A stretch of 64,000 nucleotides of DNA from Candidatus Binatia bacterium (GTDB lineage: Bacteria > Desulfobacterota > Binatia > DP-6): positions 5,424 through 69,423 of the forward strand of contig JBGQET010000007.1 of the NCBI GenBank assembly GCA_041496545.1. Reading direction: 5' to 3'. Position 1 is the first letter of the stretch, and each line of letters opens with the position of its first letter. Below, one piece after another: positions 38,297 to 48,189 of this stretch. The position numbers were made by a program, and so were the translations under genes. A model generated the notes under the pieces. That model did not search any database. It was not told the DNA's origin and was given only the letters and a program-made list of their open reading frames with translations.

Positions 38297-39694
38297 ATGG
38301 TGGGGCTCGTCCGGATCGGCGCGTACTTTCCGCGCCGGCGCCTCGAGCGGGCGCTGATCGGCAAGGCGTGGGGCGTGCGCCCACCGGCCGGCAGCCGGAC
38401 GGTGGCGGCCATCGACCAGGACGTCGTCACCATGGCCGTCGACGCCGTCCTCGACTGCCTCGGCGACGACGACCCGGCGGCCGTCGACGCGCTCTACTTC
38501 GCCAGCACGACCTCGCCCTGGGGTGAGAAGCAGGCCGCGAGCCTGGTGGCGACGGCGGCCGACCTGCCGCGCACGGTCGCGGTCGCGGACTTCGCGGGCT
38601 CGGTCCGGGCGGGGCTCGGCGCGCTCCGCGCCGCGCTCGACGGCGTCGCGGCGGGGAGCCTCCGCCGGGCGATCGTGGTCGCGGCCGACGCGCGGCTCGC
38701 GGCGCCGGAGTCGGAGCTCGAGGGTCTCCTCGGCGACGGCGCCGCGGCGGTCACGCTCGGGCGCGAGGACGTCGTCGCCGAGCTGGTCGCGTCGGCTTCC
38801 GTGTCGGAGGAGTTCACGTACCTCTGGCGCATGGCGGGCGAGCGCTACGTCGAGGCGAGCGAGCCGCGCTTCGGCGCGACCTACGGCTTCGGCCGCGACG
38901 TCGCCGAAGCGCTCGGCCTGGCGCTGCGCAAGGCGGAGCTGCCGCCGGGGCGCGTCGCTGCGCTGGCGCTCGCCGCGCCCGACGCACGCGCCGCCGCCGA
39001 GGTCGCCAAGCGCGCCGGCTTCGACCCGGGCCGCCAGCTCGTCCCCTCGCTGCTCGCCGACGCCGGCGTGCTCGGCGCGCCCGAGCCGCTCGTGCTCCTC
39101 GCGCGCGCGCTCGAGACGGCCGAGCCAGGCGACTTCCTCGCCGTCGGCGCGTGGGGCGATGGCGCCGACGTCATGATCTTCCGCGCCACCGACCGGCTGC
39201 CGGCGGCGCGCCCGCGTCCGCTCGCCGACCGCCTGGCCCGTGGCCTCCCGCTGCCGTCCTACGAACGCTATCTCCGCGCGCGCGGCGTGCTGCCGGGCGA
39301 GCCCATCATCGACACGGTGACCAGCATCGTCGAGTGGAAGGAGCTCCGCCAGGACATCCGCTTGTACGGCAGCCGGTGCGACGAGTGCGGGCTCGTGCAG
39401 TACCCGCAGACGCGCGTCTGCCTCGGCTGCCGCGCGCGCGACCGTCTGCTGGAGCACAAGCTCGCCAAGCGCGGCGTCGTGTTCACGTTCACCATCGACA
39501 ACCTCTCGCCCGCGCTCGAGCACCCGATGCCGATGGCGGTGATCGACCTCGAGGGCGGCGGTCGCGTGTACCTCCAGATGACCGATTCGGCCGAGGGCGA
39601 GGTGAAGATCGGCACGCCGGTGGAGTTGACGTTCCGCCGTCTGCACGAGGCGGAAGGACACCCCAACTATTTCTGGAAGGCACGGCCCGCATGA
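38297..39694 (+). CDS. HMG-CoA synthase-like thiolase-fold protein fused to a DUF35 OB-fold / Zn-ribbon domain
   Basis: It has an N-terminal KAS-III/HMGCS-like fold and a C-terminal rubredoxin-like Zn ribbon (CDECG…CLGC) plus OB fold. Confidence 0.75.
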   Translation: MVGLVRIGAYFPRRRLERALIGKAWGVRPPAGSRTVAAIDQDVVTMAVDAVLDCLGDDDPAAVDALYFASTTSPWGEKQAASLVATAADLPRTVAVADFAGSVRAGLGALRAALDGVAAGSLRRAIVVAADARLAAPESELEGLLGDGAAAVTLGREDVVAELVASASVSEEFTYLWRMAGERYVEASEPRFGATYGFGRDVAEALGLALRKAELPPGRVAALALAAPDARAAAEVAKRAGFDPGRQLVPSLLADAGVLGAPEPLVLLARALETAEPGDFLAVGAWGDGADVMIFRATDRLPAARPRPLADRLARGLPLPSYERYLRARGVLPGEPIIDTVTSIVEWKELRQDIRLYGSRCDECGLVQYPQTRVCLGCRARDRLLEHKLAKRGVVFTFTIDNLSPALEHPMPMAVIDLEGGGRVYLQMTDSAEGEVKIGTPVELTFRRLHEAEGHPNYFWKARPA

Positions 39695-40836
39695 GAGACC
39701 AGGTGGCGGTAATCGGCGTCGGCTGCACCAAGTTCGGCGACCGCTTCGAGCGCGGCTACGAGGAGCTGATCTGCGACGCCGCCTTCGAGGCCTACGCCGA
39801 CGCCGGGATCGAGCCGTCGCAGATCCAGGCGGCGTACCTCGGCACGTATCTCCCCGGCGCGGGCGGCGGGAAGGCGGCGGTGTCGCTCGCCGACGCGCTC
39901 CGCCTCTACGACCGACCGATCACGCGCGTCGAGAACTACTGCGCGACGGGCACCGACGCCTTCCGGAACGGCTGCATGGCGGTCGCGGCCGGCCTCTACG
40001 ACGTCGTGCTCGTGGTCGGCGCCGAGAAGCTGAAGGACCGCGGCGGGCGCGGTCTCCCGCGCCTTGGCCATCCGCTGCTTGCCAAGGGCAACACCGCGCC
40101 CGGCCTCTTCGCGCTCGCCGCCAACCGCTACATGCACACCTTCGGCCTCGGCCGCGAGACGCTCGCCAAGGTGGCGGTGAAGAACCACAAGAACGGCGCC
40201 AAGAACGAACGAGCCCATCTCCGGATGGAGGTGACCGAGGAGCAGGTGCTGAAGGCGCCGATCATCGCCTGGCCCTTCGGCCTCTTCGACTGCTGCCCCA
40301 CGACCGACGGCGCCGCCGCCGCGATCGTCTGCCGCGCCGACCTCGCGAAGCGCTTCAAGAAGCCACCCATCATGCTGAAGGGTGCCGGCCTCGCGGTCGC
40401 GACGGGCCGTCCCTACTTCGACCCGACGTTCGACTACCTCGGCTTCCGCTCCACGCAGGCCGCGGCACGGCAAGCGTACGCGATGGCGGGTATCACGCCG
40501 CGCGACGTCGACTTCGCGGAGGTCCACGACTGCTTCACCTGGACCGAGATTTCGAACATCGAGGACCTCGGCTTCTGCGAGAAGGGGCACGGCGGCGGGC
40601 TCGTCGAGGAAGGCCGCACCGCGCTCGAGGGCGACATCCCGATCAACCCGAGCGGCGGGCTCAAGTCCTTCGGCCATCCGATCGGGGCGAGCGGCGTCCG
40701 CATGATCACCGAGTGCGTGATGCAGCTCCGCGGCGAGGCGGGCGCCCGCCAGATCCGCGACGCGGAGATCGGCCTCGCGCACAACGTCGGCGGGCCCGGC
40801 TCCGTCGCCTGCGTGGTCGTCCTCGGCCGCTCCTAG
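39691..40836 (+). CDS. Thiolase-like protein (SCP-x/nonspecific lipid-transfer thiolase type)
   Basis: VIGVGCTKFG marks the N-terminal Cys region and GGLKSFGHPIGASG the C-terminus. The ATG start overlaps the upstream stop. Confidence 0.8.
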   Translation: MRDQVAVIGVGCTKFGDRFERGYEELICDAAFEAYADAGIEPSQIQAAYLGTYLPGAGGGKAAVSLADALRLYDRPITRVENYCATGTDAFRNGCMAVAAGLYDVVLVVGAEKLKDRGGRGLPRLGHPLLAKGNTAPGLFALAANRYMHTFGLGRETLAKVAVKNHKNGAKNERAHLRMEVTEEQVLKAPIIAWPFGLFDCCPTTDGAAAAIVCRADLAKRFKKPPIMLKGAGLAVATGRPYFDPTFDYLGFRSTQAAARQAYAMAGITPRDVDFAEVHDCFTWTEISNIEDLGFCEKGHGGGLVEEGRTALEGDIPINPSGGLKSFGHPIGASGVRMITECVMQLRGEAGARQIRDAEIGLAHNVGGPGSVACVVVLGRS

Positions 40837-40846
40837 CGGGGTTCGC

Positions 40847-41392
40847 GTGGCCCGCCGCTGGGGGCTGCTCGCCGCCTACACGGCCCTGATCTACACCACG
40901 CTGCCGCTCGGTCCCGCCGCCGGCCGCGCTCTCATCCGCTCCGCGCCCGGGGCGTGGCTCCTCGGCCCGGGGCTCGTCGCGCTCGTCGTCGGCGGCGCCG
41001 TGGCGCTCGTCGTCGTGCTCGGGCGTCGCGCCGCGCCGGCACGCGCCTACGCCATGCTCGCGCTCACGGCGGCGGGCTATGCGGCGGCGCTCGCCTGGCT
41101 CCACGCGCAGCAGCTCGAGCGCGTCCACCTTCCCGAGTACGGGCTCGCCGGCTGGCTCGCCTGGCGCGCCGTCGCCCCGCTCGTCGCCGGGGAGACGGCC
41201 GGCTACGCGACGGGCGCGCTGGTCGCGTCGGCGATCGGCTGGGGCGACGAGCTCCTCCAGGCGATCGTCCCGGGCCGCGTCTACGATCTCCGCGACGTCG
41301 CCGCCAACGCCCTCGGCGCCGTCCTGGGTCTGCTGCTCGTCGCGACGCTGCGCTGCGGATCGCGGCTCACTCGCCCGGGATCGCGAGCGTGA
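40847..41392 (+). CDS. VanZ-family membrane protein
   Basis: It has four transmembrane helices and a VanZ-like C-terminal motif (…DELLQAIVPGRVYDLRDVAANALGA…). Confidence 0.6.
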   Translation: MARRWGLLAAYTALIYTTLPLGPAAGRALIRSAPGAWLLGPGLVALVVGGAVALVVVLGRRAAPARAYAMLALTAAGYAAALAWLHAQQLERVHLPEYGLAGWLAWRAVAPLVAGETAGYATGALVASAIGWGDELLQAIVPGRVYDLRDVAANALGAVLGLLLVATLRCGSRLTRPGSRA

Positions 41393-41421
41393 GCTTGCGG
41401 TAGTAGTTCTGGCATCCGTCC

Positions 41422-41895
41422 TCAGCGCCGGATGCTGAGCACGAGGATCAGGAACACCATCAGGATCATCGCCGCCAGGAAGAAGCCCGAGAACGTGCGG
41501 AAACCCGACACGTTCGAGTTGACCCCCGCGACGTCGTCCTTGAGCGCGTCGATCTGCTGCTTGACGGTGCTGCTCTCGACGTAGAGGCCCTTCACCTCCT
41601 CGCGGAGCGCTTTCACCTCCTGGTCGGTGGCGAGCTGCTCGTCGTGGCGGGCGGCGAGATCACCGCGCATCGTGTCGAGGGCCTCCTTCGACTGCTGGAT
41701 CTGCTCGCTGAGGCCGCGCTGCGCGTCGGCGAGCTGGCGGAGGAACGAGGCCTCGTCGCGCGCGGAGGCGGCCGGCGTGCGCGCCGTCGCACCCGAACGC
41801 GGGCGACGCGCCGGGGCGGTCTCCTCGTTCTCCTGCGCCGCCGCCGCGCCGCCGAGGACGAGGGCGAGGCAGAGGAGCGTGGCGGGGGCGCGCAT
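41422..41895 (-). CDS. Coiled-coil protein with a signal peptide and a C-terminal transmembrane anchor
   Basis: The N-terminus reads MRAPATLLCLALVLGGAAAA. A coiled coil follows, then the C-terminal helix FFLAAMILMVFLILVL. Confidence 0.55.
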   Translation of the reverse strand: MRAPATLLCLALVLGGAAAAQENEETAPARRPRSGATARTPAASARDEASFLRQLADAQRGLSEQIQQSKEALDTMRGDLAARHDEQLATDQEVKALREEVKGLYVESSTVKQQIDALKDDVAGVNSNVSGFRTFSGFFLAAMILMVFLILVLSIRR

Positions 41896-41936
41896 GGCGG
41901 CACGTCTCATAGTGGCGGGCGGAACCCCGGTCAAGG

Positions 41937-43229
41937 TCAGGGTCGGAGGCGCTCCAGCATGCGGGGGAAGGGGATCGTCTCGCGCACGTGATGGAGGCCG
42001 CAGAGCCATGCGACGCAGCGCTCGACGCCCATGCCGAAGCCGGCGTGCGGCACGGTGCCGTAGCGGCGGAGGTCGAGGTACCAGCCGAAGGCGTCGAGCG
42101 GCAGCCCGTGGGCACGGATCTTCGCCTCCAGGACCGCGGCGTCGTCCTCGCGTTGCCCGCCGCCGATGATCTCGCCGTAGCCTTCGGGCGCGAGCACGTC
42201 GACGCAGAGCGCGAGCCGCGGCTCGGCCGGGTCGGCCTTCATGTAGAAGGCCTTCGCCTCGGCGGGATAGCGGTGCACCATCACCGGACGGTCGAACTCT
42301 TGCGACAGCGCCGTCTCCTCGTCGCCGCCGAAGTCCGCGCCCCACTCGACGGGGAAGCCCTTGCGCCGGAGGACCTCGATGGCCTCGCCGTAGCTGATGC
42401 GCGGGAAGGGCTTCTCGACGCGCGCGAGCGGCGCCGGGTCTCTCCCGAGGACGGCGAGCTCGGCGGCTCGGCGCTCGCGGACGGCGCGTACGACGTGCAC
42501 CAGGAAGTCCTCGGCGAGGTCCATGTCCTCGTCGAGGCCGGCGAACGCCATCTCCGGCTCCACCATCCAGAACTCCGTCAGGTGCCGCCGCGTCTTCGAC
42601 TTCTCGGCGCGGAACGTGGGCCCGAAGCAGTACACCTTGCCGAAGGCGAGCGCGCCCGCTTCGAGATAGAGCTGCCCGCTCTGCGTGAGATACGCGGTTT
42701 CGCCGAAGTACTCGACGGGGAAGAGCGTCGTCGTGCCCTCGCACGCGGCCGGGGTGAGGATCGGCGCGTCGAAGGCGGTGAAGCCGTGGCCGTCCAGGTA
42801 CTCGCGGCACGCGCGCTCGACCTCGGCCCGCACGCGCAGGAGCGCGTGCTGCCGCGACGACCGCACCCAGAGGTGGCGGTGGTCGAGCAGGAAGGCGGGT
42901 CCGTGCTCCTTCGGCGTGATCGGGTAGTCCGCGCTCTGGCTGACGACCCGGAGATCCGTCACGCCCAGCTCGAAGCCGATCGGTGCCCGCGCGTCGGCGC
43001 GCACCGTGCCCGTCACCTCGAGCGCCGACTCCTGCGGCAGGTGGTCGGCGGCGGCGAACGTCTCGGCGGGCACCTCCGCCTTCACCATGACGCACTGGAT
43101 GGTGCCCGTGCCGTCGCGCACCTGGAGGAAGTGGATCTTCCCGCTCGAGCGCCGCGCCGTGAGCCAGCCGCGGAGCGTGACCGTCTGCCCCGCGAACTCG
43201 CTGATGCGCTCGACGGTCGCGACCGGCAT
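41937..43229 (-). CDS. asnS: Asparagine--tRNA ligase
   Basis: It has an N-terminal OB fold and class II aaRS motifs (…FRAE.S.T.RHL.EF.M.E.E…GGG.RE…). Confidence 0.85.
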   Translation of the reverse strand: MPVATVERISEFAGQTVTLRGWLTARRSSGKIHFLQVRDGTGTIQCVMVKAEVPAETFAAADHLPQESALEVTGTVRADARAPIGFELGVTDLRVVSQSADYPITPKEHGPAFLLDHRHLWVRSSRQHALLRVRAEVERACREYLDGHGFTAFDAPILTPAACEGTTTLFPVEYFGETAYLTQSGQLYLEAGALAFGKVYCFGPTFRAEKSKTRRHLTEFWMVEPEMAFAGLDEDMDLAEDFLVHVVRAVRERRAAELAVLGRDPAPLARVEKPFPRISYGEAIEVLRRKGFPVEWGADFGGDEETALSQEFDRPVMVHRYPAEAKAFYMKADPAEPRLALCVDVLAPEGYGEIIGGGQREDDAAVLEAKIRAHGLPLDAFGWYLDLRRYGTVPHAGFGMGVERCVAWLCGLHHVRETIPFPRMLERLRP

Positions 43230-43339
43230 GCCCCGCTGCCATAGCAGATGGCGGCGTCGAGGCAAGCCGCGACGCCGAGCCGGGCAACTTGTCGGCACCG
43301 CGAGCGCCCGGCTAGAGTCGCCGCCCGGAAGGAGATGCC

Positions 43340-44479
43340 ATGCTCGGCTTTCGCCTGAACGAGGAGCAGGAGAGCTTTCGCGCGGCCGTCCGCGGCTTCG
43401 CCGAGAAGGAGCTCGCGCCGCGCGTCGAGGAGCTGGAGCGGACGGAGACGTTCCCGGTGGACCTCTTCCGCCAGCTCGGACGCCTCGGCTATCTCGGGGT
43501 CGGCATCTCCGAGGAGTACGGCGGCAGCGGCGGCGACATGGTGATGCGCTGCCTCCTCATCGAGGAGATCGCGCGCATCAACTGCGGCTTCGCGGCGGCG
43601 CTGCTCGCGCACGTCGGTCTCGCCACCATCCCGCTCATCAAGTTCGGCACCGAGGCGCAGAAGCAGGAGTACCTCGGCCCCGCGCTGCGCGGCGAGAAGC
43701 TCGGCGCCTTCGGGCTCTCGGAGCCCAACTCCGGCTCCGACGCCGCCTCCATCCGCACCACCGCCGAGCGGCGCGGCGACCAGTACGTCATCAACGGCAG
43801 CAAGATGTTCATCACCAACGGGAACATCGCCGACTACTGCATGGTGGCCGCCTACACCGACCGCACGCGGCGCGGCGCGGGCATCTCGATGTTCATCGTC
43901 GACACCGAGACACCCGGCTTCTCCGTGTCGCGAAAGCTCAAGAAGACCGGGCATCACACCTCGGAGACGGCCGCGCTCACTTTCGAGGACATGCACGTGC
44001 CGGCGTCGGCGCTCTTGGGCGGCGTCGAGGGCGGCTTCAAGCAGGTGACGGGCACGCTCGAGGGCGGGCGCATCACGCACGCGGCGCGCTCCGTCGGCGT
44101 CAGCCAGGCGGCGCTCGAGGCGGCGCTCCAGTACGCGCAGGAGCGCGAGCAGTTCGGGCAGAAGATCGCCAAGTTCCAGGCCATCAAGTTCAAGCTCGCC
44201 CGCATGGCGATGGAGGTCGAGACCGCACGCACGATGATGTGGCGGGCGGCATGGCTCTTCGACCAGGGCCCCTGCATGCGCGAAGCGGCGATGGCGAAGC
44301 TCTTCGCCTCGGAGGTGGCGCAGCGGGTGACGTGGGAAGCCGTCCAGGTCTTCGGCGGCTACGGCTACATCACGGAGTTCCCCGTCGAGCGCTTCTGGCG
44401 CGACGCCCGCCTGATGACCATCACCGAGGGGACCACGGAGATCCAGCTCATCCTGATCGCCCGGGAGCTGGGACTGTGA
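43340..44479 (+). CDS. Acyl-CoA dehydrogenase
   Basis: It has the canonical ACAD N-terminal, middle and C-terminal domains. Confidence 0.9.
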   Translation: MLGFRLNEEQESFRAAVRGFAEKELAPRVEELERTETFPVDLFRQLGRLGYLGVGISEEYGGSGGDMVMRCLLIEEIARINCGFAAALLAHVGLATIPLIKFGTEAQKQEYLGPALRGEKLGAFGLSEPNSGSDAASIRTTAERRGDQYVINGSKMFITNGNIADYCMVAAYTDRTRRGAGISMFIVDTETPGFSVSRKLKKTGHHTSETAALTFEDMHVPASALLGGVEGGFKQVTGTLEGGRITHAARSVGVSQAALEAALQYAQEREQFGQKIAKFQAIKFKLARMAMEVETARTMMWRAAWLFDQGPCMREAAMAKLFASEVAQRVTWEAVQVFGGYGYITEFPVERFWRDARLMTITEGTTEIQLILIARELGL

Positions 44480-44520
44480 GGGGCCTCGCAACTCCGGCCA
44501 GGCGCTGGTATGATCCCATA

Positions 44521-44922
44521 ATGGGGATGGGTCGGATGTGGCGATGGGGACTGGCGAGCGCGCTGCTGGCTGCGCTCGCCGTCAGTTGCGGGCCGACGTC
44601 GAAGAAGTCGCCCTTCCACGACGAGTCGAAGGATGCGCCCGAGCTCTCGGCCGTCCACCTGCGGGACGGCTTCGACGGGGCCTCGGTGGTCGACCTCCTC
44701 GGCCCGCAGGAGAAGGGTGCCGTGGAGCGCTCGGGGATGTCCTTCGGCGCCGATCCGGACGGCCCTCCCGGCGCGCCGCCGCGGAGGAACGTCTCGGCCG
44801 ACGACGACGAGCCGAAGACCGGCTTCGGCCGCGCCATGGACACCGCCGGCAAGGTCGGCGTGACCCTGCTCGGCGTCGGCGTGTCGGTTGGTGCCGTCGT
44901 GGCGCCGTTCTTCCTCTTCTAG
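44521..44922 (+). CDS. Small lipoprotein, hypothetical
   Basis: It has a lipobox (LAALAVSCG) and a hydrophobic C-terminus. Confidence 0.55.
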   Translation: MGMGRMWRWGLASALLAALAVSCGPTSKKSPFHDESKDAPELSAVHLRDGFDGASVVDLLGPQEKGAVERSGMSFGADPDGPPGAPPRRNVSADDDEPKTGFGRAMDTAGKVGVTLLGVGVSVGAVVAPFFLF

Positions 44923-44929
44923 GGCCTTC

Positions 44930-45181
44930 GTGCGCGTCCTCCGCGCGACGGCGGTGGCGGCCGCGGTCGGCGGAATCCTCTGGCTGATGCTCGACTCGCG
45001 CCTCGTCAGCCCGCAAGTCGCGCCCCGCCTGGCGTCGCTCTCGCTCGGCGGCCTCGGCGCGATCTTCGGCCTCGGCGCCTGGGCGACGGCGGTCGGCGGG
45101 CAGCCGGAGCGCGCACCGCTCCTCGCGGGACTCTCGCTCGGTGCAGGCGGCTACGCGCTGCTCCGCCTCATCGCCTTCTGA
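44930..45181 (+). CDS. Small membrane protein, hypothetical
   Basis: It has two predicted transmembrane helices. The start is ambiguous (ATG 44888 or GTG 44930). Confidence 0.35.
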   Translation: MRVLRATAVAAAVGGILWLMLDSRLVSPQVAPRLASLSLGGLGAIFGLGAWATAVGGQPERAPLLAGLSLGAGGYALLRLIAF

Positions 45182-45233
45182 CCCGCGACGCGCCGAGCAG
45201 ACCGCCCGCATCGTGCGCGCCTGCGGAGTCTCC

Positions 45234-45520
45234 ATGCGGGACATCCTCCTCCACCCGACGGGGGGCGTCATCGGGCGGCGGGAAGCGTGCGACGTCGACA
45301 TCGACGCCATCAACGCGGCGGCCAAGGCGACGGGCATCGTGCTCGAGCTCGACGCCTACCCGACCGGCTCGATCTGGAGGACGTGCGCGAGTGGGGCGTC
45401 CCCCCCGGCGCGGCGGGCCTGGGCGACGGCGGCCGACGTGCTCAACAGGCGGCGTGTGTGGAGGCCCTTTTTCGCGGCGTTGAAGGGCGGGGCGCACAGA
45501 ACATAGCGCAAGGCGTGTAG
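45234..45520 (+). pseudogene. PHP-domain (PolX / histidinol-phosphatase-like) C-terminal fragment, frameshifted
   Basis: MRDILLHPTGGVIGRREACDVDIDAINAAAKATGIVLELDAYP reads correctly. The homology then continues in another frame (DRLDLEDVREWGVP…). No upstream part of the gene is present. Confidence 0.55.
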
Positions 45521-45705
45521 CGCTAATCTAAGTAGCCTAATCTAGGGGCAGTCCGGTTGTCGTTCGTTGTCGTTGGCCGAGTTCGTACAGTATTGACCCC
45601 GGAGATGCGCTCGCCGTGCACGCGCCAGATGACGGACTCCGCCGCTCGCTCCCGGATGCTCCGCACAAACGTTCGCAGCGGGCGTACGCCTCCAGCGCGG
45701 GGACA

Positions 45706-46125
45706 ATGGACGAGCCCGTGCCGAAGCGTGCGTCGCCCATGGCGGTCTTTCAGCGTGCCGTGCGCGACGCTTTCACCTTCCTCGAGACCGAGTACGGTTT
45801 TCGACTCACGGTCGCCGACGAAACACACGTGCGATTCGAGTCGGATCGCATCCGTCTCTCGATCTGCCGTGGCCCCGGGCGCAATCAGCTCCGCCTCGAG
45901 ATCGGTCGTCGTGACCTCGAGGGCGACCCGCCAGTCGGCTTGCCCGAGCTGCTCGCCGTCTCCGGCGGCCGGAAGGGCTTCAGGGCGGAGCGCGAAATCC
46001 TCGCCCGCAACGTGCTCGAGGTCGCGAGCGTCGTCCGGACCCTGGGGCACGCCCTGCTCCGCGGCGACCCGGCCGCCTTCCGGCGCGTGCACGGCCGGCG
46101 CGCCCGCGAAGGGAGGCCGGCATAG
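45706..46125 (+). CDS. Hypothetical protein
   Basis: The ORF has typical codon usage. No family was recognised. Confidence 0.45.
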   Translation: MDEPVPKRASPMAVFQRAVRDAFTFLETEYGFRLTVADETHVRFESDRIRLSICRGPGRNQLRLEIGRRDLEGDPPVGLPELLAVSGGRKGFRAEREILARNVLEVASVVRTLGHALLRGDPAAFRRVHGRRAREGRPA

Positions 46126-46146
46126 CGTGGGCGCAGCGAAGGGACG

Positions 46147-47955
46147 ATGGAGCGCCTGACTCGTAACACCGCGCTCGGCATCGCCGAAGGCGAGGATCGC
46201 GGGGCGTCGGCCGGCGACCGGTCGCCGGCCGCGGCGCCCTTCGTCGGCAGGCGCGACGATCGTCGCATGCTCGACGCGGCGCTCCGCGCCGCGATCGGCG
46301 GCGAGGGCCAGGCCGTGCTCGTGGCCGGAGAGCCGGGAAGCGGGAAGAGCCGCCTGCTGGCCTGGCTCGGGGACCGGGCGAGCGGTCTCGGCGCGCGTGT
46401 CCTGAGCGCCCAGTGCCTCGGCGGCCCGGCCGAACCGCCCTACTGGCCCTGGATCGAGATACTGCGGACCTACGCGCGCCAGGTGCCGCCCGATGCCGTC
46501 CGATCGGTCTTCCGCGGCGCTGCCGGGCGGCTCGCCCCGCTCGTGCCCGAGCTCGCCCAGCTCCCCTCGGACCCGAGCGACGCCTGGGGCGACGGCGAGG
46601 GCCTCTTTTGGCGGCTCGACGCCTTCGGCGGCTCGCTCCGTCAGGTGGCGCTCGCAGACCCCCTCGTCATTCTCATCGAAGACCTCCACCTCGCCGACAC
46701 CCCCTCGCTCCTGGTCTTCGAGTGGGTGGCCCGGGAGATCGGCGACGAGCGCTTGCTTCTGGTCGCGACCTACCGCGACTGCGACGTCGGCCCGCAACAC
46801 CCGCTGTCGGACACGCTGACCGAGCTCGTCCGGCTGCCGCGATTCGATCGCCTGGTGCTGTCGCCGCTCACACGCGAGGACGTCGGCGACTATCTCGCGC
46901 TTCTGACGGGCACGAGCCCCGCGGCCGCCGCGGTGGATGCGATCTACGCCTACACCGCGGGCAATGCGATGTTCGTGAGCGAGGTCGCCCGCCAATCGGT
47001 ACGGGAGCGGCTCCCGCTCGGCGCCCAGGACTGCGCCTCGCGTGCCGTGCCGCTCGCGATCCGCGATTTCGTCCGTGGACGGATCGGGCGGCTGCGGACG
47101 TATTGCACGCGCGTGCTCACGGCGGCAGCCGTGATCGGCCGGCAATTTCCGCTCACCCTGCTCTGCGAAGTCCTCGCCCAGCCCGAAGACGACGTCATCG
47201 AATCGCTCGAGGAGGGGCTCGCCCTGCAGCTCGTCGCGCGCGACGCCTCAGCCCCGGGCCACTATCATTTTGCCGCCCCCGTCCTGCACGCCGCCATCCT
47301 GGGCATGATCCCCCCGAGCCAGCGCGCCCGGCTCGAGCGGCGCTGCGCCCGACTGGTCGCGACTCCCGACGATGCGACGAGCCCGGCGCCGTGCGACCCT
47401 CAAGCCGCCGTCATGCGCCGCGACGGCGAATTCTGGACCATCGTGTTCGCGGACACCGTCATGCGACTGCGCGACTCGACCGGCCTGCGGTGCCTGTCGC
47501 ATCTGCTGCGTCACCCGGGCCGCGATCTCCTGGCGCTCGACGTGGCGGTGCTGGCGAGCGGGAACGGCACCGAGGCGGTCGCGGAGCGCGCGGGCGGAAC
47601 GGTGATCGATGCCCGCGCGCGCGATACGTACAAACAGCGGATCCGGGAGCTCGAAGCCGAAGCCGGCGAAGCCGAGCGCTGCAACGATTTCGACCGCGTG
47701 CGCCGGGTCCGAACGGAGCTCGATTTCCTCCTCCGAGAGCTCGCACACGGGCTCGGCCTCGGCAACCGGATGCGCACCCACGTGGGTCCGGCCGAGCGCG
47801 CACGGATCAACGTGACGCGCACCATCAAGACGGCGATCAAGAAGATCACCGCCGCCGACCCCCGGCTCGGCCGCCACCTCACCGCCACGGTCCATACGGG
47901 CGTCTACTGCTCGTACAACCCGGATCCGCGACTGCCGATCGCCTGGACCTCCTGA
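46147..47955 (+). CDS. AAA_16-type P-loop ATPase (STAND/MalT-like N-terminus) with no recognisable output domain
   Basis: It has Walker A (GEPGSGKSRLL) and Walker B (LVILIEDLHLAD). The C-terminal 300 aa could not be assigned. Confidence 0.75.
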   Translation: MERLTRNTALGIAEGEDRGASAGDRSPAAAPFVGRRDDRRMLDAALRAAIGGEGQAVLVAGEPGSGKSRLLAWLGDRASGLGARVLSAQCLGGPAEPPYWPWIEILRTYARQVPPDAVRSVFRGAAGRLAPLVPELAQLPSDPSDAWGDGEGLFWRLDAFGGSLRQVALADPLVILIEDLHLADTPSLLVFEWVAREIGDERLLLVATYRDCDVGPQHPLSDTLTELVRLPRFDRLVLSPLTREDVGDYLALLTGTSPAAAAVDAIYAYTAGNAMFVSEVARQSVRERLPLGAQDCASRAVPLAIRDFVRGRIGRLRTYCTRVLTAAAVIGRQFPLTLLCEVLAQPEDDVIESLEEGLALQLVARDASAPGHYHFAAPVLHAAILGMIPPSQRARLERRCARLVATPDDATSPAPCDPQAAVMRRDGEFWTIVFADTVMRLRDSTGLRCLSHLLRHPGRDLLALDVAVLASGNGTEAVAERAGGTVIDARARDTYKQRIRELEAEAGEAERCNDFDRVRRVRTELDFLLRELAHGLGLGNRMRTHVGPAERARINVTRTIKTAIKKITAADPRLGRHLTATVHTGVYCSYNPDPRLPIAWTS

Positions 47956-48189
47956 CGCGAGGGTCTGGGTACCTAGAACCCTCTCCGGTGGAACGTCCGT
48001 CCGCCGCCCGGCCGCGGCACCGCGCGGCCACGGCGATTTCCTGGGCCTCCTGACGCCCTACGGCAGCGCGCGGGTACGTACGAGCGGGATCCCGGCGAAC
48101 ATCCGTTCCTTCCGGGCGAACTCCAGCAGGGTGACAGGGATCTCACTGGTGGGACCCGGGCTGGGCCCAAGGGCCCGAAGGATAAAGCG

